This document shows positions 35,334-48,859 of a stretch of DNA of 64,000 nt, piece by piece. The position numbers and the translations under genes were made by a program. Below the pieces are notes generated by a model. That model had not been told where the DNA came from. It saw only the letters and a program-made list of their open reading frames with translations, and did not search any database. This stretch comes from Oopsacas minuta. Lineage: Eukaryota > Animalia > Porifera. Each line of letters opens with the position of its first letter. The stretch's first letter is position 1. Where the stretch lies: the NCBI GenBank assembly GCA_024704765.1, contig JAKMXF010000199.1, forward strand, positions 558,605-622,604, read 5' to 3'.

Positions 35334-36227
35334 CAGTCAGGGGACAAAAGTATTCGACCATACAAATATATTGTCACAAATTGTATACTCTTTCCCGCTC
35401 CTATATATTGTGTAGATTCGTAGCTGCAATCTAGTAATTTGCATAGAATAACATAAGTTTTTCGAGAATTTTAAAAAAATATTTTCGATTTATACTTTTT
35501 GAAGGTGTTAATTATTAATAATTATTTGATAATTATTGATAATCAAAATACGTGTAATTCAAAACCTATTAAGAATCTGTAATTTCTGACTTGATATTTG
35601 AATTCTACGTAGGCGAGTTACCCTAGATTTAAATTTCCAATGAGATTGAACAATTTTTACCAAAGTTAGTTTCAATTTGTGCCACCTTTTGCCCAAGGTG
35701 GCACAAGTGGTCGTTGCCAAGAGGTTATTTTGTAATTCAAGGGTTAGCATACTCATATCATTCGAAAATATTACTTTGACTTATTCCTCCTAACTCTAGT
35801 TGATTTCCTCATAGTGGCGCTTTTTCCTGCCGCCTGCGCCACTTTTTCAAAAAGTGGCTCAAGTGGCACAAATTGAAATTCATCTATAACTTTGGTAAAA
35901 ATTGTTCAATTTTATTGGAAATTTAAATCTAGGGTAACTCGCCTACGTAGAATTCAAATATCTAGTCAGAAATTACAGATTCTTAATAGGTTTTGAATTA
36001 CCACATATTTTGATTATCAATAATTATCAGATAATTATTAATAATTAGCACCTTCAAAAAGTGTAAATCGAAAATATTTTTTTGAAATTCTCGAAAAACA
36101 TATATTATTCTATGCAAATTACTAGATTGCAGCTACGAATATAGACTACACAATATATAGGAGCGGAAAAGAGTATACAATTTATGACAATATATTTGTG
36201 TGGTCGAATACTTTTGTCCATTGACTG
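35334..36227. mobile_element. Non-autonomous foldback element with Tc1-like termini
   Basis: TA-flanked CAGTCA(G/A)(G/T)GGACAAAAGTATTCGACCA ends, ~355-bp inverted arms (35334-35685 / 35863-36227) and a ~177-bp spacer. Confidence 0.88.
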
Positions 36228-36254
36228 TATATATTTTCAATTTTCTTGTGTTCT

Positions 36255-37910
36255 TAATGGATATTTTCGTAACCACCCATCTTGCCGAGTGAATAATATT
36301 ATTGTATTAGAAAGATAAATTGTTTGAAATTACTCGTAAGAACCCTAGACGAGGGATTGATCTATATTGAGCAACTAGTTTTACTAATCTTAAATAGAGT
36401 TGAATGTACTTTTTCTTTGGTTTAGCAAGTTCATGTCCGCGTTTCAACTTTTCTAAAGTTATCTTTTTGTCACTTTGCTCGAGAATTATCTTATGCATGA
36501 GGTTTGAGAACGAAGGGTAGGTAATGTTTATCCTGAGATCAAATGCTCTATGTCAACCTTCCACAGAACTCTTGGTTCATGGTAATACTCGCTCTATCTA
36601 TCTCTGAAATTCCACAAAGCAATTGGATATTATGGGCTACGTCTTCTGCCATGATGTTCAATTCCTACCCAGGTCTTCTCAAAATAAAGAAGGAACTCAC
36701 TTATATCTTCAATAAGTTCATCACTCAGTGAACTTACTTATTTTTCATAAATGGGAATAACATCTTCAATAGGTGGAAATGCTAGAGCCCTGAATTGTTT
36801 CATTCAAATTGAAAATTCCTCCTCATTTTGGTAACGTTGTTGTAATCCAAGCGAATGGATATGTCGCCAAATTACTTGCCCAAAATGGAAGTAGCATCCC
36901 TGTAAATCTGTACTAAAAAGATTTGAAAACAGAGCATTTGTTGACGCTTTCGTAATCAAACATGATAGTATCGTGATCTAAATTGGAGTTGCGTTCTTTC
37001 AAAGTTTAGAATATTCTGCTGTAGACCTTGAGTTTATTTTTAGTGATGCAAAATATCGATGGAATTGTGACAGATAGAGTTGGGAGCGCATGAATTCTGT
37101 ATAATCGATAACCCAGAAGTGCTGAATCAAATGTTCCATCGCAAAACCAATTAGGATATTGCTTCAGCATTCGAATATATACCTCAGTACCATGAATGAT
37201 AAATCCAAGTCTGTATCGTTAGAAAATAGAAATTGTTCTCCCATTGTAGTATGTACAGATTCTGAAAAGTCCTCTTCCTGGCTTCGCGTTTACGAAGGAC
37301 ACTCTGTGCTAAATTTGCTTTGAGGGTAGTTTTACTGCAGCTGCAATGGATATCGATTTAGTACAATTTTGAATTATTGAAGATGTATCTTATTCTGTTG
37401 TGTAGCTCTCATTTTTATTTCTCCTATAGTTCCAGCAGTTTCCAGTGTGACATTATCAGGAGGATGAATATGGATAGTAGGGTTTTCTTGACCCTACAGT
37501 CTGACTTGCAATTTTCTATACGGGAATTCTCTAAGCCTCTTTCAACGCAGCGCCAATATATGCCATCGTTCGAATCTTTATCCTTGATATACATATACCC
37601 ATTATTGAGCAATATTATGCCTTATAAAATCGTTCAAGTATATTCCATAATCGTTGTTTTAAGGTTAGTATTTGACCAGATATTTTAAGATATTTTGTTT
37701 AAAGTTTCATGAATGACAGCCCACTTTGTAGGTATTGAACCCATTAATATGCAATTACTATTGTTCAATTTATGTATTTTCAAAACAACAACTAGTGTTA
37801 CCCATTACAAAACTTTATTGCTCTACGGATTTGGATCAAAAATGGCTACGGCAAGATGGCATTTTGCAAAGTTTCATTCAGCAAGATGGGTTAGCACCAT
37901 TGCTTTAGCC
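36255..37910 (-). mobile_element. Degraded MULE (FLYWCH plus DDE) element
   Basis: Pieces NGYMYIKDK...IYWRC (FLYWCH), WFCDGTFD and a C-terminal KPKKKY...LGFLRVISNNLSF. Partial TIRs acccatcttgccga / tcagcaagatgggt. Confidence 0.7.
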
Positions 37911-38071
37911 CTAAAATTATTTTAATTACTCAAAGGAATCGGATAATTCCCAATACACTTGTTTGACCTGAAATTAGAGGATGAATATCATTATAATTGA
38001 ATACAATAAACATTAGCTACAGTCAGTAATTTCATGTATCTTAGAATTCTCAACTTATAGAAGTAAATATA

Positions 38072-39413
38072 CAGGGTGTCTCAAAAGTTTTTTCCTCCTC
38101 AGTATTTCGATTGAAGTCGTTATAAAGCGAACAGTATTGTTTACTAACCGACCATTTTTCAGATTATTATTAGTCTATAGTAGTCCAATACTATATGAAT
38201 ACTACATTTCCTTATTTGATAATCTGTTTATATTTTCGATAATTTTTCTCAACCCTCACAAATTTCATACATGGATGTCATGAAACCGAGATTTGCTGTT
38301 CGAGAGCGAGCGATTGGCATGATTGAAGCGGGTTTAACACAGAAAACAGTCGCCAATACTCTTAGAGCCACAATTCCGACAGTTCGGAACTGGTGTAAAA
38401 GGCATAGAGCTGGATATTTGCTTGATGGCAAGCCCCGGTCTGGACGTCCGACGAAGCATTCCCGGATTCCGAAAATTATAATTCGAAAATCAATCGGGAT
38501 ACGGTACAATTCAACCCGAAATCTTGCAAAATATATCTCGTCTAAGTCGGTGACCGTTAGTAAAGACACAATTCACCGTTATTTACGCGACATAATCGGA
38601 GCGAAAGCCTATAAAAGACCCTCATACCCGAAATTAACTGAAAAACAAAAGGTAAAGAGGCTAGAATTTTGTCAGGAACGCAAAACATGGACTGGTCGTG
38701 ATTGGGAAAGGGTTCTTTTAGTGATGAAAGCCCTTTTGAGCTTTCCCATCCGACTAATAGGCAGAATGATCGTGTTTGGGACATTAATCCGCACAACATT
38801 ACCCCAGTTGAATCAGTCAAAACCCCCCCGAAAATGATGGTTTGGGGGATGATGAGCTGGCCAGGGCTATCAGAACTACACTTCATCTCCCCAAAACGCT
38901 TAGTGAATACTGACTACTATGTTAATGATATCCTGGAGAAGTGTTATCTCCCTACCTTTAAGCATAGAAAGACTAGAGCCTCACTTACCTAAAGGAAAAG
39001 GTGTCGAAAGATGTCCGAGACAATTTTCATGCAGGATGGCGCCCCTGCCTATACAGCCATAAGGGCCCAGACATGGCTTACAGAGCATCTACCTGGCTTT
39101 AGGGAGAAAGGTGTTTGGCCTAGTAACTCCCCAGATTTAAATCCAATCGAAAATCTTTGGTCTATTATGCCAGCAGAGCTAGACAAGAGAAAGCCCGCTA
39201 CAAATTTAACACAGCTCGGAAAATATTTGGAAAATATATGGAATGGGATTAGCCCGTCGATACTTGAGAATTTAGTTGATGGGATGCCAAGTCGAATTAA
39301 TTCATGTATAAAACTTAATGCTAAATATATAGGCAAATAATTAGATGAATCTATCTAAGAAATTCTATATTATAGTGGTATTCATAAGAGGAAAATACTT
39401 TTGAGACACCCTG
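38072..39413 (+). mobile_element. Tc1-like DD37E (TRT-type) element, frameshifted transposase 38271-39340
   Basis: TA-flanked 26-bp TIRs CAGGGTGTCTCAAAAGT(T/A)TTTTCCTC. Motifs FSDESPF, MMVWGMM and MQDGAPAY...WPSNSPDLNPIEN, with 37 residues between D and E. Confidence 0.9.
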
Positions 39414-39979
39414 TAGATAATTATCTGGGGCATAATTTTCTATTTAATATGCCCCATTCTGCACTCTCGCTTAGAAAGCTTAGTTTCTATGGAAAGGAAT
39501 GAATATGGACAAAAATAGTCTCGTTTCATAGAGCCCATTTATAGAGACCTCACTTTTAGAGGCCACATTGTAGCACAATATGATGCTTTCCAAATAGCCC
39601 TAACTAGTAGATAACAATTTATATTCTAAAACATTAAGATAGATATTCATTAGGCCGGATCGAGAAAAGTATAAATCGTCAGTTCAACTTCTACCTAAGG
39701 GAAAAGTTGCCTTTACCATTTTCTAGGAAAATGCGAGACTTAAATTTGAAAAATATTTCGATTTAACCCTTGTGGTTTTATATTTTTGCTGTGTCACTTT
39801 CGCAAAATTGATAATATATTGTCCGAATTTTCAAATTCCTTTGACTTCGCCCCTTTATATATAGTATTTGGTAATAGTAAGTCGCATATTTGCTATTGAA
39901 TGGTGTATTAATCTAATTTCTATGTCCAAGGATACTCAAGTTATCAAGATTTTCTTTGCATATTCTATCATACCTAATA

Positions 39980-40720
39980 TCAGGGCGCCAATAAGTCTTG
40001 CGGGGTTATGATATATCTTAGGAATTAGTCACGTAATATATCTAACTTTCACATATTATAAGCCCATATAGTTAAACTCCATATACTGAAAGTTTCAAGC
40101 TTATTCAATACAAATTGTGAATTTTTGAGATAGTCACGTGTAGTCAATTTATTCCCACTGTTGAATTTTTCTGCCTTCAAATGATGATAATTTCAACCTC
40201 AAATGGCGAGCTTACATAGAGTTTCGCACAATTCTCAAGATTCAGCCCGTACAGATCTTCAGCGAGTTACAGGAGATATTGTGCGTGGATTGCCTATCCA
40301 GATCTACTGTAGAGCGATGGGCTGCCCGTTTTAAATCTGGTGATGCTGATGTCACAGATTTGCATCGATCTGGAAGACCGGTATCCGCCACCACTTCAGA
40401 GAATATTGCACTCATTGAAAGTATAGTCATGGAAGACAAGTGCATTACTGTCAACCAGTTAGAACAAAGTAGGGAGATTTCATCAGGAGCTATTCATACA
40501 ATTCTGACGACTGAGCTTGGCTACCGATCGATTTGTGGGAAATGGGTCCCGCATAAGTTCCGTGAGAATCAAAGGTTGGCACGACTGAATATTGCCAAGA
40601 AACTCTTGGAAACTTATGAGAACTGCGATTCTAGACGCCTAACAGAGATTATTACTGGTGACGAGACATGGGTGTACTGTACTATTCAACACCATATAGC
40701 AAGTATAAGAAGCGATCATG
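39980..40720 (+). mobile_element. 5' part of a mariner element, interrupted by a hAT and resuming at 43531-43610
   Basis: TA plus TIR tcagggcgccaataagtcttgcggg. Reads GRP, CGKWVPH and ITGDETWVY; after the hAT it continues SWVRGDEQPAKIPR and DFRKPKIMYTIF. Confidence 0.85.
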
Positions 40721-43530
40721 CATAGCCGTAGACGAGGGGGGGCTTGGGGGGGCTTAAGCCCCCCAAATTTTGCCTCATCAATTCCCGAAAATTCTTGAAA
40801 ACATATGTGAAATTATGCTTTATTAATAATTCATGAAGTTATTCCGGATATCTTCCAAACAAACGCATCCTACTCTCATTACAAGTAACAAATTCATTTA
40901 CTAATTCTTTTAATGGTAAACCGTCCGTTCTTTGTTTGTGCACATGAAGTAACAAGCACCAATTCAATCGTGCTTGGCATGTAGTTGTACGCAGCCAGGT
41001 CTTAAGTCTGCGGAGTGCACTGAAACTTCTTTCACTTGTGGCATTAGTTGCTGGCATCACAAGAATTAATTTCACTATTTTGATTACCTCTGAGAAGAAA
41101 GATTTTTCTGTACTATTCAAAGATTTGAGATAAGTTATTATTGATGGCAAATCCGTCAAAGCTGCTCCACTGCAATGCAAGAGTTTCAACTGCGTTTGAA
41201 GACGGTCTGCATGGGTAAATTCATCTCCGTAGAATGCGATTATAGAACCAATCAAATCTGAATCACTGGCGCTTTCTGAACTAGTCAGGGCTGTTTCTAA
41301 ATTTTGGAGCATCTGGAATCCTTTCTGATCAAATCTGTCCTTGATAGCTGCCATAGTTAGATCAATTATTTGAAAATAAATTTTTCTATAACGTTCCTCA
41401 ACACTAGTTGGGTACTCTGTAGTATTTCCATCTGTTTCATATCTTCGGGGAATTTTCCTTTTTCTGGGGAGTGCCGGAGAAGAAACCTCGATTGATGATC
41501 TTCTACATTCTATATACTTCCAAAACAAATTGAAGTTAATCTCAGTTCTCATTTTCAGGAGTGTAGAAAGCGTTATCTTCACAAGGGTTTGTCCTTCATG
41601 TGCTGATATCGTTTTAGTTTGCAATGACCGAGACAAATTATCGGTCATGTTTAAGATTTTTCGTCCTAGTTCAACTCCAAAACGAATTCAAATTTTTCCA
41701 TGTGTGCTGTAACTCCTCCAATCCTAGCTTTTAATTCAGTATCTTTTGTTGCATCTTTTGCTACATTCCAAGTCAATTGTAGTACGTGATAATTCTCTGA
41801 GATGGAACTAAACGCTTCAGCCCTTACTGTCCATCGTGTTGGACATAGTATTCTAATCCCGGGAGAGCACTCTGAAATTTCATCTTTTAACTTGCTAAAG
41901 ATTGCATCTCTTTTAGGCGATTTCTTAATTAGTTTTGTAATCTCATATACTGTACTCAATGTATCCTCCATAACTTTTGTGTCCTTAATTCCATCCTGAA
42001 TAGCAAGGTTCAATGCATGCCCATAACAATGGGTATAGAGACTCGAGGTTCTAAAGAAGATACTTTAGTGGCAACTCCTGATCGTATTCCAGACATGTTA
42101 CTGGCTCCATCGTAGCATTGACCACGGCAATTATTGATAGATAAATTCAAGCGCAACAGTATGTCCTGAATTGTCAACATTATATTGTCAACAGAAGTTG
42201 ATTCCAAACTGTAGAGACCAATGAGCTCTTCATGAACATTTAAGTCATCATCAACGTGACGCAGGCACAATACCATTTGTTCAGTGTTTGACAGATCGGT
42301 TGTTTCATCAACCATTATGGTATACATTTTCCCTGAAATCTGTTGTGTGCAATATCCCTCAATATCCTTAATGACATCAGCTTGAGGATTTCATTTTGTA
42401 TGTCTGGACTAGTAAATTTGTCTTGACACTTGTCAAGCCACTTCAATAGATTTGGATTGTCTTCAGCTCGTATTCGAAGTAGCTGTATAAAGTTCGAGTC
42501 TGACTCACCATTCAATAATTCAGGGTCATCAGTTTTCCATCGACCACGAAAAGCAATGCCTTGCCTACTAAGGTAACGAACGCTGATGAAAATTTTTAAC
42601 AGCACTTGTCTGTTCTTATCCTTTTGCTGCATGACTTTTGTTCAACATTTCACCAACATCTTTGGTTGTGCTTGGTATTGTTATTACAAGGTCAACAGCT
42701 TCACGATGAGATTTTGAACTTTGATGTTTTTCGAATTTTTCTATTGCTTTTTTCCAATTGCTGAATCCAGTGCTTGTGAACATTTCATCCATGTACCCTG
42801 ATATCTTTAAACCGTTTATCTGCCACCAAGCAGTAAAACACAATACACTATCGCTACCTTCTTGATAATGCAACCAGGGGAATGTTTTATACCATGAAAG
42901 GTTAAATCCTCTCTGTTGTTCTTACCAAAGGTTCGTAGTGGGAATGAAAGGATTGGTTGGGAGGCATTTTGGGGTATATGGATGTCTGGTTGTCTGGTTC
43001 GATGTGTTAACTGAATTTCGTTAGAGGATTCACCTTCTGTTCTCAACAATTGCATTTGTTCATTATCTGGAAGCAAACTTGAATCTTTATCAGTCTCTCC
43101 TGATCCTGACTGAGCTTTTTGAACGAGCCATCGAGCTAGGGCCATATCTAAACGTATTATGAATGCTAACAATTTTAAATATTTAATCACAAACACATAT
43201 AAATACAAAGTGGAATGAAGCCCAGTGATAAAAACCAGAGATGTGTTAAATATATAACAATATTCGATAGATTCGTAGAAATAGTATGCCGGAAATTCAT
43301 GAACCTCAAAATTAGTCAAATCTAACTATAGCACTAAGAACTATTCTCATTTTGAATGAAACCTAGAAAGTAAAACCATTACTATGGTAAAACAAAGCTG
43401 CGAAAATATGATTATAGCATCGGTTCATATTAATTCAAATTGATGCCACTGATTTATACTTTGATCAAATCCCATAGTGACACCTCAGAGGGTTAGCCCC
43501 CCCAAACTAAAAATGTTGTCTACGCTCCTG
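40721..43530 (-). mobile_element. hAT element (ZMYM1-like), fragmented transposase
   Basis: Ends catagccgtagac / gtctacgctcctg with TCATG repeated on both flanks. Fragments GFSNWKKA, RYLSRQGIAFRG, MVDETTD, YDGASNM, LCPTRWTVR and PATNATSERSFSALRRLKT. Confidence 0.9.
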
Positions 43531-43610
43531 TCATGGGTGAGGGGCGACGAACAACCGGCGAAAATTCCTAGGCCGACTTCAGAAAACCTAAGATTATGTA
43601 TACCATCTTC

Positions 43611-45006
43611 TGCGCTTCAACTCCACACATTTCCACCTCAATCAGAATTTAAGAAGCAACGAATTGAGTTCGGCAAGATCGTGCAACTTTAATCAACTGG
43701 TTAAATGTCGAACAAGCAATTTACTAAGGTGTCTTCAGTATCGCGAGACTCTGGAATTTGTTGTCCGACAATGGGATATACTATGAGGAGAAAGAATTAT
43801 GTAAGGCTATTATGGAGTGCATTTCCGTTAGTCTTGATCACAGTAAAGAACAGTATCAAACTGATGATAAGGAAACTTTTGTGGTATGATGTAATGACAT
43901 CAATACATTACTAGACAGATTTTATGGTAAAACATGTGGCGATAATCTACCAAGATTGAAATATACACTCGGCCTTGATTATGGACGAGATTTCTCAATC
44001 TTATACTCAACTTAAGCTTGCGGAATGAAAATTTTGTAGATAATCTTATCTATCTTTGGGTTACCAATGTTCCCAAAAATTGTTATAACTTTCAGCAGAT
44101 TTTCAGGACAATAAAATAAGCAATTTTCTGACTAACATATCACACTTACCGTTTATCTCAAAGCTGGGTGTATTTGGATCGTTGTGTATGACATTCATAG
44201 AGGAATATGGATTTCTAATACAATGGGTAGATCCAATATTCCAGAGTTGCATTTGATGTTAAGAGTGGGACAAAATCAGTATGATGCCATACTAACAATA
44301 ATGTCTGAGGAACAGTTACTCAGGCGCGAATCTTTAATAAGAAATAATAAAATTCAACGGGGCACAAACCATGAAATGCACTGACCTTCCCTACTTCAAA
44401 CTCAGCCTTGATTGCCCTGAAGCGAATTAGTGATGTGGTTGCATCACGCTTTGAGACAAAGATTGAATCGAATACATCATCAGATTCATCATTTCGAAGA
44501 GGCTTTTAATAGAACAGGGCTACCATGTTCAACTAAAGTCCATGTTGTTTCCCTTTACTCTGTAAATTTTGTTCAAAACTACCTTCCTTCGGGAAAGGGT
44601 CTGAGGTACGCCTAAGAACAAGCTGTTGAATCATCTCAGTCTCTCTTTTTGAAGATCTGGAATGGATCGAAATGCAATGAAGATGAAGATTTTCATTAAT
44701 GTATATACAAGTATAATGCAGTTCTTGAGGCCAATTTCACGAACTACTCCATATCACAATCTAATATATTTGTGTTTTTGTGTACTTGTTATGCTAATGC
44801 CAATAGTAATACTATTATCCCATGTCTAAGAAAAAACATTTGGAATATAAAGTTTTGACACCTAATTTTAGTATCACTATTGCAAAATCTTGTGATCGAA
44901 ATGTTATATTCAAAACAGTTTCGTAATCTACTAATATTCTATCCCAATCTATAAATTTCGTACGGTCCGTGTTTTATGGCCGAGATTAAGATTTCAGGGA
45001 TCAGTG
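43611..45006 (+). mobile_element. Remainder of the second, older Chapaev element
   Basis: Peptides collinear with the 27-29 kb copy (MSNKQF..RDSGICCP, PELHLML.VGQ..YDAIL.IMSE, CSTKVHV, EQAVES). Ends ...atcagtg followed by taag. Confidence 0.75.
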
Positions 45007-46183
45007 TAAGCAAGAACTAGCCAACTTTTGTATTACAACATTATTTGCCACTGTCAGTCAATATATATTCTAGATAGATGAAATTTGAATCACATGTACC
45101 TCACACTATCCCAAATGACTTGATGTTATCACTTGACCAAGTACAAAATCATCATGGAATAATTGAGTTATCACTAAACAAAAAACACAAATTTCGAAAT
45201 TTCAAAAATTTAGAGAATCACTTAATACCTGTGTTTCGAAGCCCCGAGGTAATAACCTCAAATCACGCAGTAGCTCCAGTGCTACCACTTTAGGCCAATA
45301 AATGTACTTTGGATGGACTATTCTTAACAGATTACGGCCCAAGTTTACGTTCTTAATGAAAAGGAACACTAGAATTTTACCACTTCCTTTTAATCAATTC
45401 CCCCACCAAAAACGAGATTTTGTTCCTTTCGTCCTCAAAATACCAGATTTCCCCAGCAGTATTCGGTTAAAGATGCATAGAAGCTTAGACAAGGTAAAAC
45501 TATGATGTAGGGGCTGTGGAATTATGTTTTGTGGCATGTATTATAGTACCATTGATATTCAACCTCTAGAATATTTTGATGGGAATGCTGCCAATTACTA
45601 ACTAGGGGCGTGTCCAATATGTTGGGCGTGACTTGACTTGAGTAACGGTCCCAGATAATGTAGATTCCTAAAATACTGTACATGGATAAGCTTAACCTTA
45701 CAAAATCATCTCCAAAGTGTATAATTATATTTTTTATGGATTAGACACAGCTTAATGTTTTTAGAGAATATTATAAAATGAGCTCTCAAGATGTTGCTCC
45801 AGAGTGTTTTACTTACTCTCGGTGTGATCGCCTTTTGGTACCTGAGCACAAGCATATTGGCGACCACTGATGGCCGCATATGACTATTATATCGCAAACA
45901 ATCTAGTGAAATAGAAGCCATCAGAGCTTCATCTAGAGTTAGGTAATTTGCGCACCCTAAGCGTGCATGGCTTGAATTTTGCGAAACCCAATGTATTATA
46001 AACATGGGGACAGCACCTGATATAGCTCTTTTTTCGCCACCACCCTCAAATATTTTCCAAAAGTCACGCACCCAAATATAGGCCTAGAACCTATGATATG
46101 CTAAATATACGGCTAAATATGCCACCGATAGGCTTGAATACCAGAAGGCCGACTAAATGTGGTATTACCACATATCTCGAGAA

Positions 46184-48214
46184 TTATGTGATTGAGTTAA
46201 GTATGTATTTGTGAAGACACTCCAAGACTTCTCTTTTAGTGGTGAGACTAATAGGCGTGATATCGCCTTCATCATCACTTCTTCCGGCAATCATTAGGTC
46301 TGCATCATTGGATCGGTTCAAAATGGTGTGATACTCTTCAAGAAGAGCTTCCTCCCATCCTTCGCAGTTTTCTGTTGAAATGCAGTCGTCTATCTGGCAA
46401 TATTCAACTGTGTTCATGCAGGTAGAATCCATCCAAAATGTTGTTACTGTGACTATCAAATCTTGCACCTCTTTGTCCACACTGTCCGAAATTGCCCCTG
46501 ATTCACCAGATATACTCCATTTAAAACCATAATTGCTGAAACATTTAATTATAGTAGTCTCAAAAACCTACCTCCAACTTCGGATTATCCATTTCAAAGC
46601 ATCCAAGACATTTACTCTTTGCTTATTTCACTTGCAGAGTCGCACTCATCCATCCAAGCAATTACATAATTCAGTAAATGCTTTCTGAAATGTAGCTTGA
46701 ATGCCTTATTATTCCGCCATCAAGTGGCTGGGGGCATGAAGTGGTATTGGGAGGAGGAAATTTTACGATCACATTGGACAACTAGATATCACTGGCCGCT
46801 ACAACATGGGATGATACATTATCCATGTACATCACAATTGTCCGTTTATCTAGCTTCATTCTCCTGTTAATGCTTTAAAGCCAATCAGCGAATACTTTCG
46901 TGTTCATCCATGCTTTACTGTTCGCTTTCCAATCTACTCCTAGCTGAGCTATATCAATACCACTGAATGCTCTTGGCTTTTTCGAATTACCTATAACAAG
47001 AGGTGTAATCTTTTCTCCAGCTGCACTACATGCCAAAAGTACGATTAACCTGTCTTTACTGAGTTTACAACCATGAACGTTGTCTCTAACTTGTGCTAGA
47101 GTCTTGTTGGGTAAGGCACGGTAGAATGGCCTGTTTCGTCGCAATTAAAAACAGATTTGGGGCTGTAAGTCGAAATAAGGTCAGGTAATCTATCTTTAAA
47201 CTGATTAACAACATTGACGTCCACATCTCCACTTTCTTCTGAAATGTTAAACTGTTTGATCTTGTAGCCGTGTTTCCACGCAGCTAACCAGCCATTACTC
47301 GCCTGAAAATCATTGAAATGAAGCCTTTCGGCAAGCCACAAAGCCTTGAATTGAATAATTCCCCCACATATTGGTATATTTTTAGCTCTTGCTTGAGAAA
47401 AAAAGCTATACATCAATTCATTCAGCGCATTGAAGGGTCTCTTTCATTCCACATCGCCGCTTTGTCAAACAATTCGATTCCCATGCCTCCATATACTGTT
47501 TACGTTTTTTCAGAATGCCACATACAGTACTCCTCCCGATCCCAAAACGTTCACTGAGCTGTTGCTGTGGGCTTTGGCGTTTCCTGGCTAGCCAAAATGA
47601 GAGATATTTATTCTCTAAGTGAGTTTCTGTATGTTGTCTTCTTGACGAGGTAGCCATTTTCACCCGAAGTACAGGTAATTTCAAGTGTGGTCGTTTTATA
47701 GAATACTAGTGTATTCATAAAATTGAAATATGAGTTTCAAGTATTGTGCAAATGGTATACGTAGTAAGTATTTGCAATAACTATAGTAGGAAGCAAGGGC
47801 CTTTTGGAGGGTGGTCAATTACTGACATTAGGTATCAAACTCAAAATTTAATAGGCTAAATAGTTTGTATATACTCAAGTAAAATTCAAGACATGTGCTT
47901 GTCAAATATCAAGTATGCAGTAAACTATAATTACATTATAAACGATAATTTTGGATTATGAAGGTAAAATCGTCTCCATAATCCGACATTTGTTGAATTA
48001 TGTACATCTCAGATAAATTAAAGTTAAATCGCTAAATTGTCGGTTTATAGAGGTCGAATTATATTTCTTGGTCATCATTAAATTGTCGGATTACGAGTAG
48101 GAGGTTCCGGATTATTGAGGTTGTTTTCTATACAAAAACTATCCGTGAAAAGAAATAATGTCGGTTTAGCGAAATTCCGGAGTACAGAGGTGTTGGATTA
48201 TGCAGGTTCTACTG
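46184..48214 (-). mobile_element. Degraded pogo/Tigger element
   Basis: Fragments FGIGRSTVCGILK, FQASNGWL, FNCDETG and ACSAAGEK..PLVIGNSKKPRAF. One TA-flanked TIR (gcaggttctactg) ends at 48214; the other was not found. Confidence 0.85.
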
Positions 48215-48859
48215 TATATATGAATACCGTTTATAAGAACCCTAACTCGATTTACCAAATCTTTTGTATTCTACTCCATTGTAGGGCCGCGGCCACCAGA
48301 TTTGTGATCATGACCTTCAGGGGAAAGCGGTTCAGTTGAATAGGATACTCTAATATATCCCGGACCAGTGTCACTGCCCTGCATTGGATTCTTACTGGAT
48401 ATAAAACATTTCATGTCAGTTATGAAAACATTGTATATACAATTTCCGGCGATTTTCATATACTTTACATCTACTATATTTAATTAGCTTTTACAGTAGA
48501 ACCCTCATATGTCTATTTACTTGGGGATTAAAGAGATTGATTAATACGTAATACAAATTACATACACAATAGAATGCTAATTAGGTATATTGTATTATTG
48601 TATGCACATTACTATGTTATTTGCAATACTATTATTGTAATATATTTGGCTTCAATGAAGTTGAATTTTTCTCATAGACTCTGGCATATATCCTAGAATT
48701 GCTATAACTTTTTTGTTTCTTGACCCAATTTCGAAATCTCTAGATCAATCTTCATCTCTCAAAATGCCCTATAACGGCTCATATAGCGATTTTTATCATC
48801 TTGTAGAATGTTGGGTTATAATTTTCTATAATTGTACCTAAATTAGTTCGGGAAATACG

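Noticed and set aside
40715-43535. Suspected hAT-mediated deletion because the two flanks looked different
   Set aside because: The mariner reading frame continues across the hAT (KRSW|VRGDEQP), so this is a simple insertion. The real break is at 43610.
45706-46071. 121-aa ORF with LTLDEALM, reminiscent of the piggyBac first-D motif
   Set aside because: No other piggyBac motifs, TTAA-flanked TIRs or neighbouring fragments.
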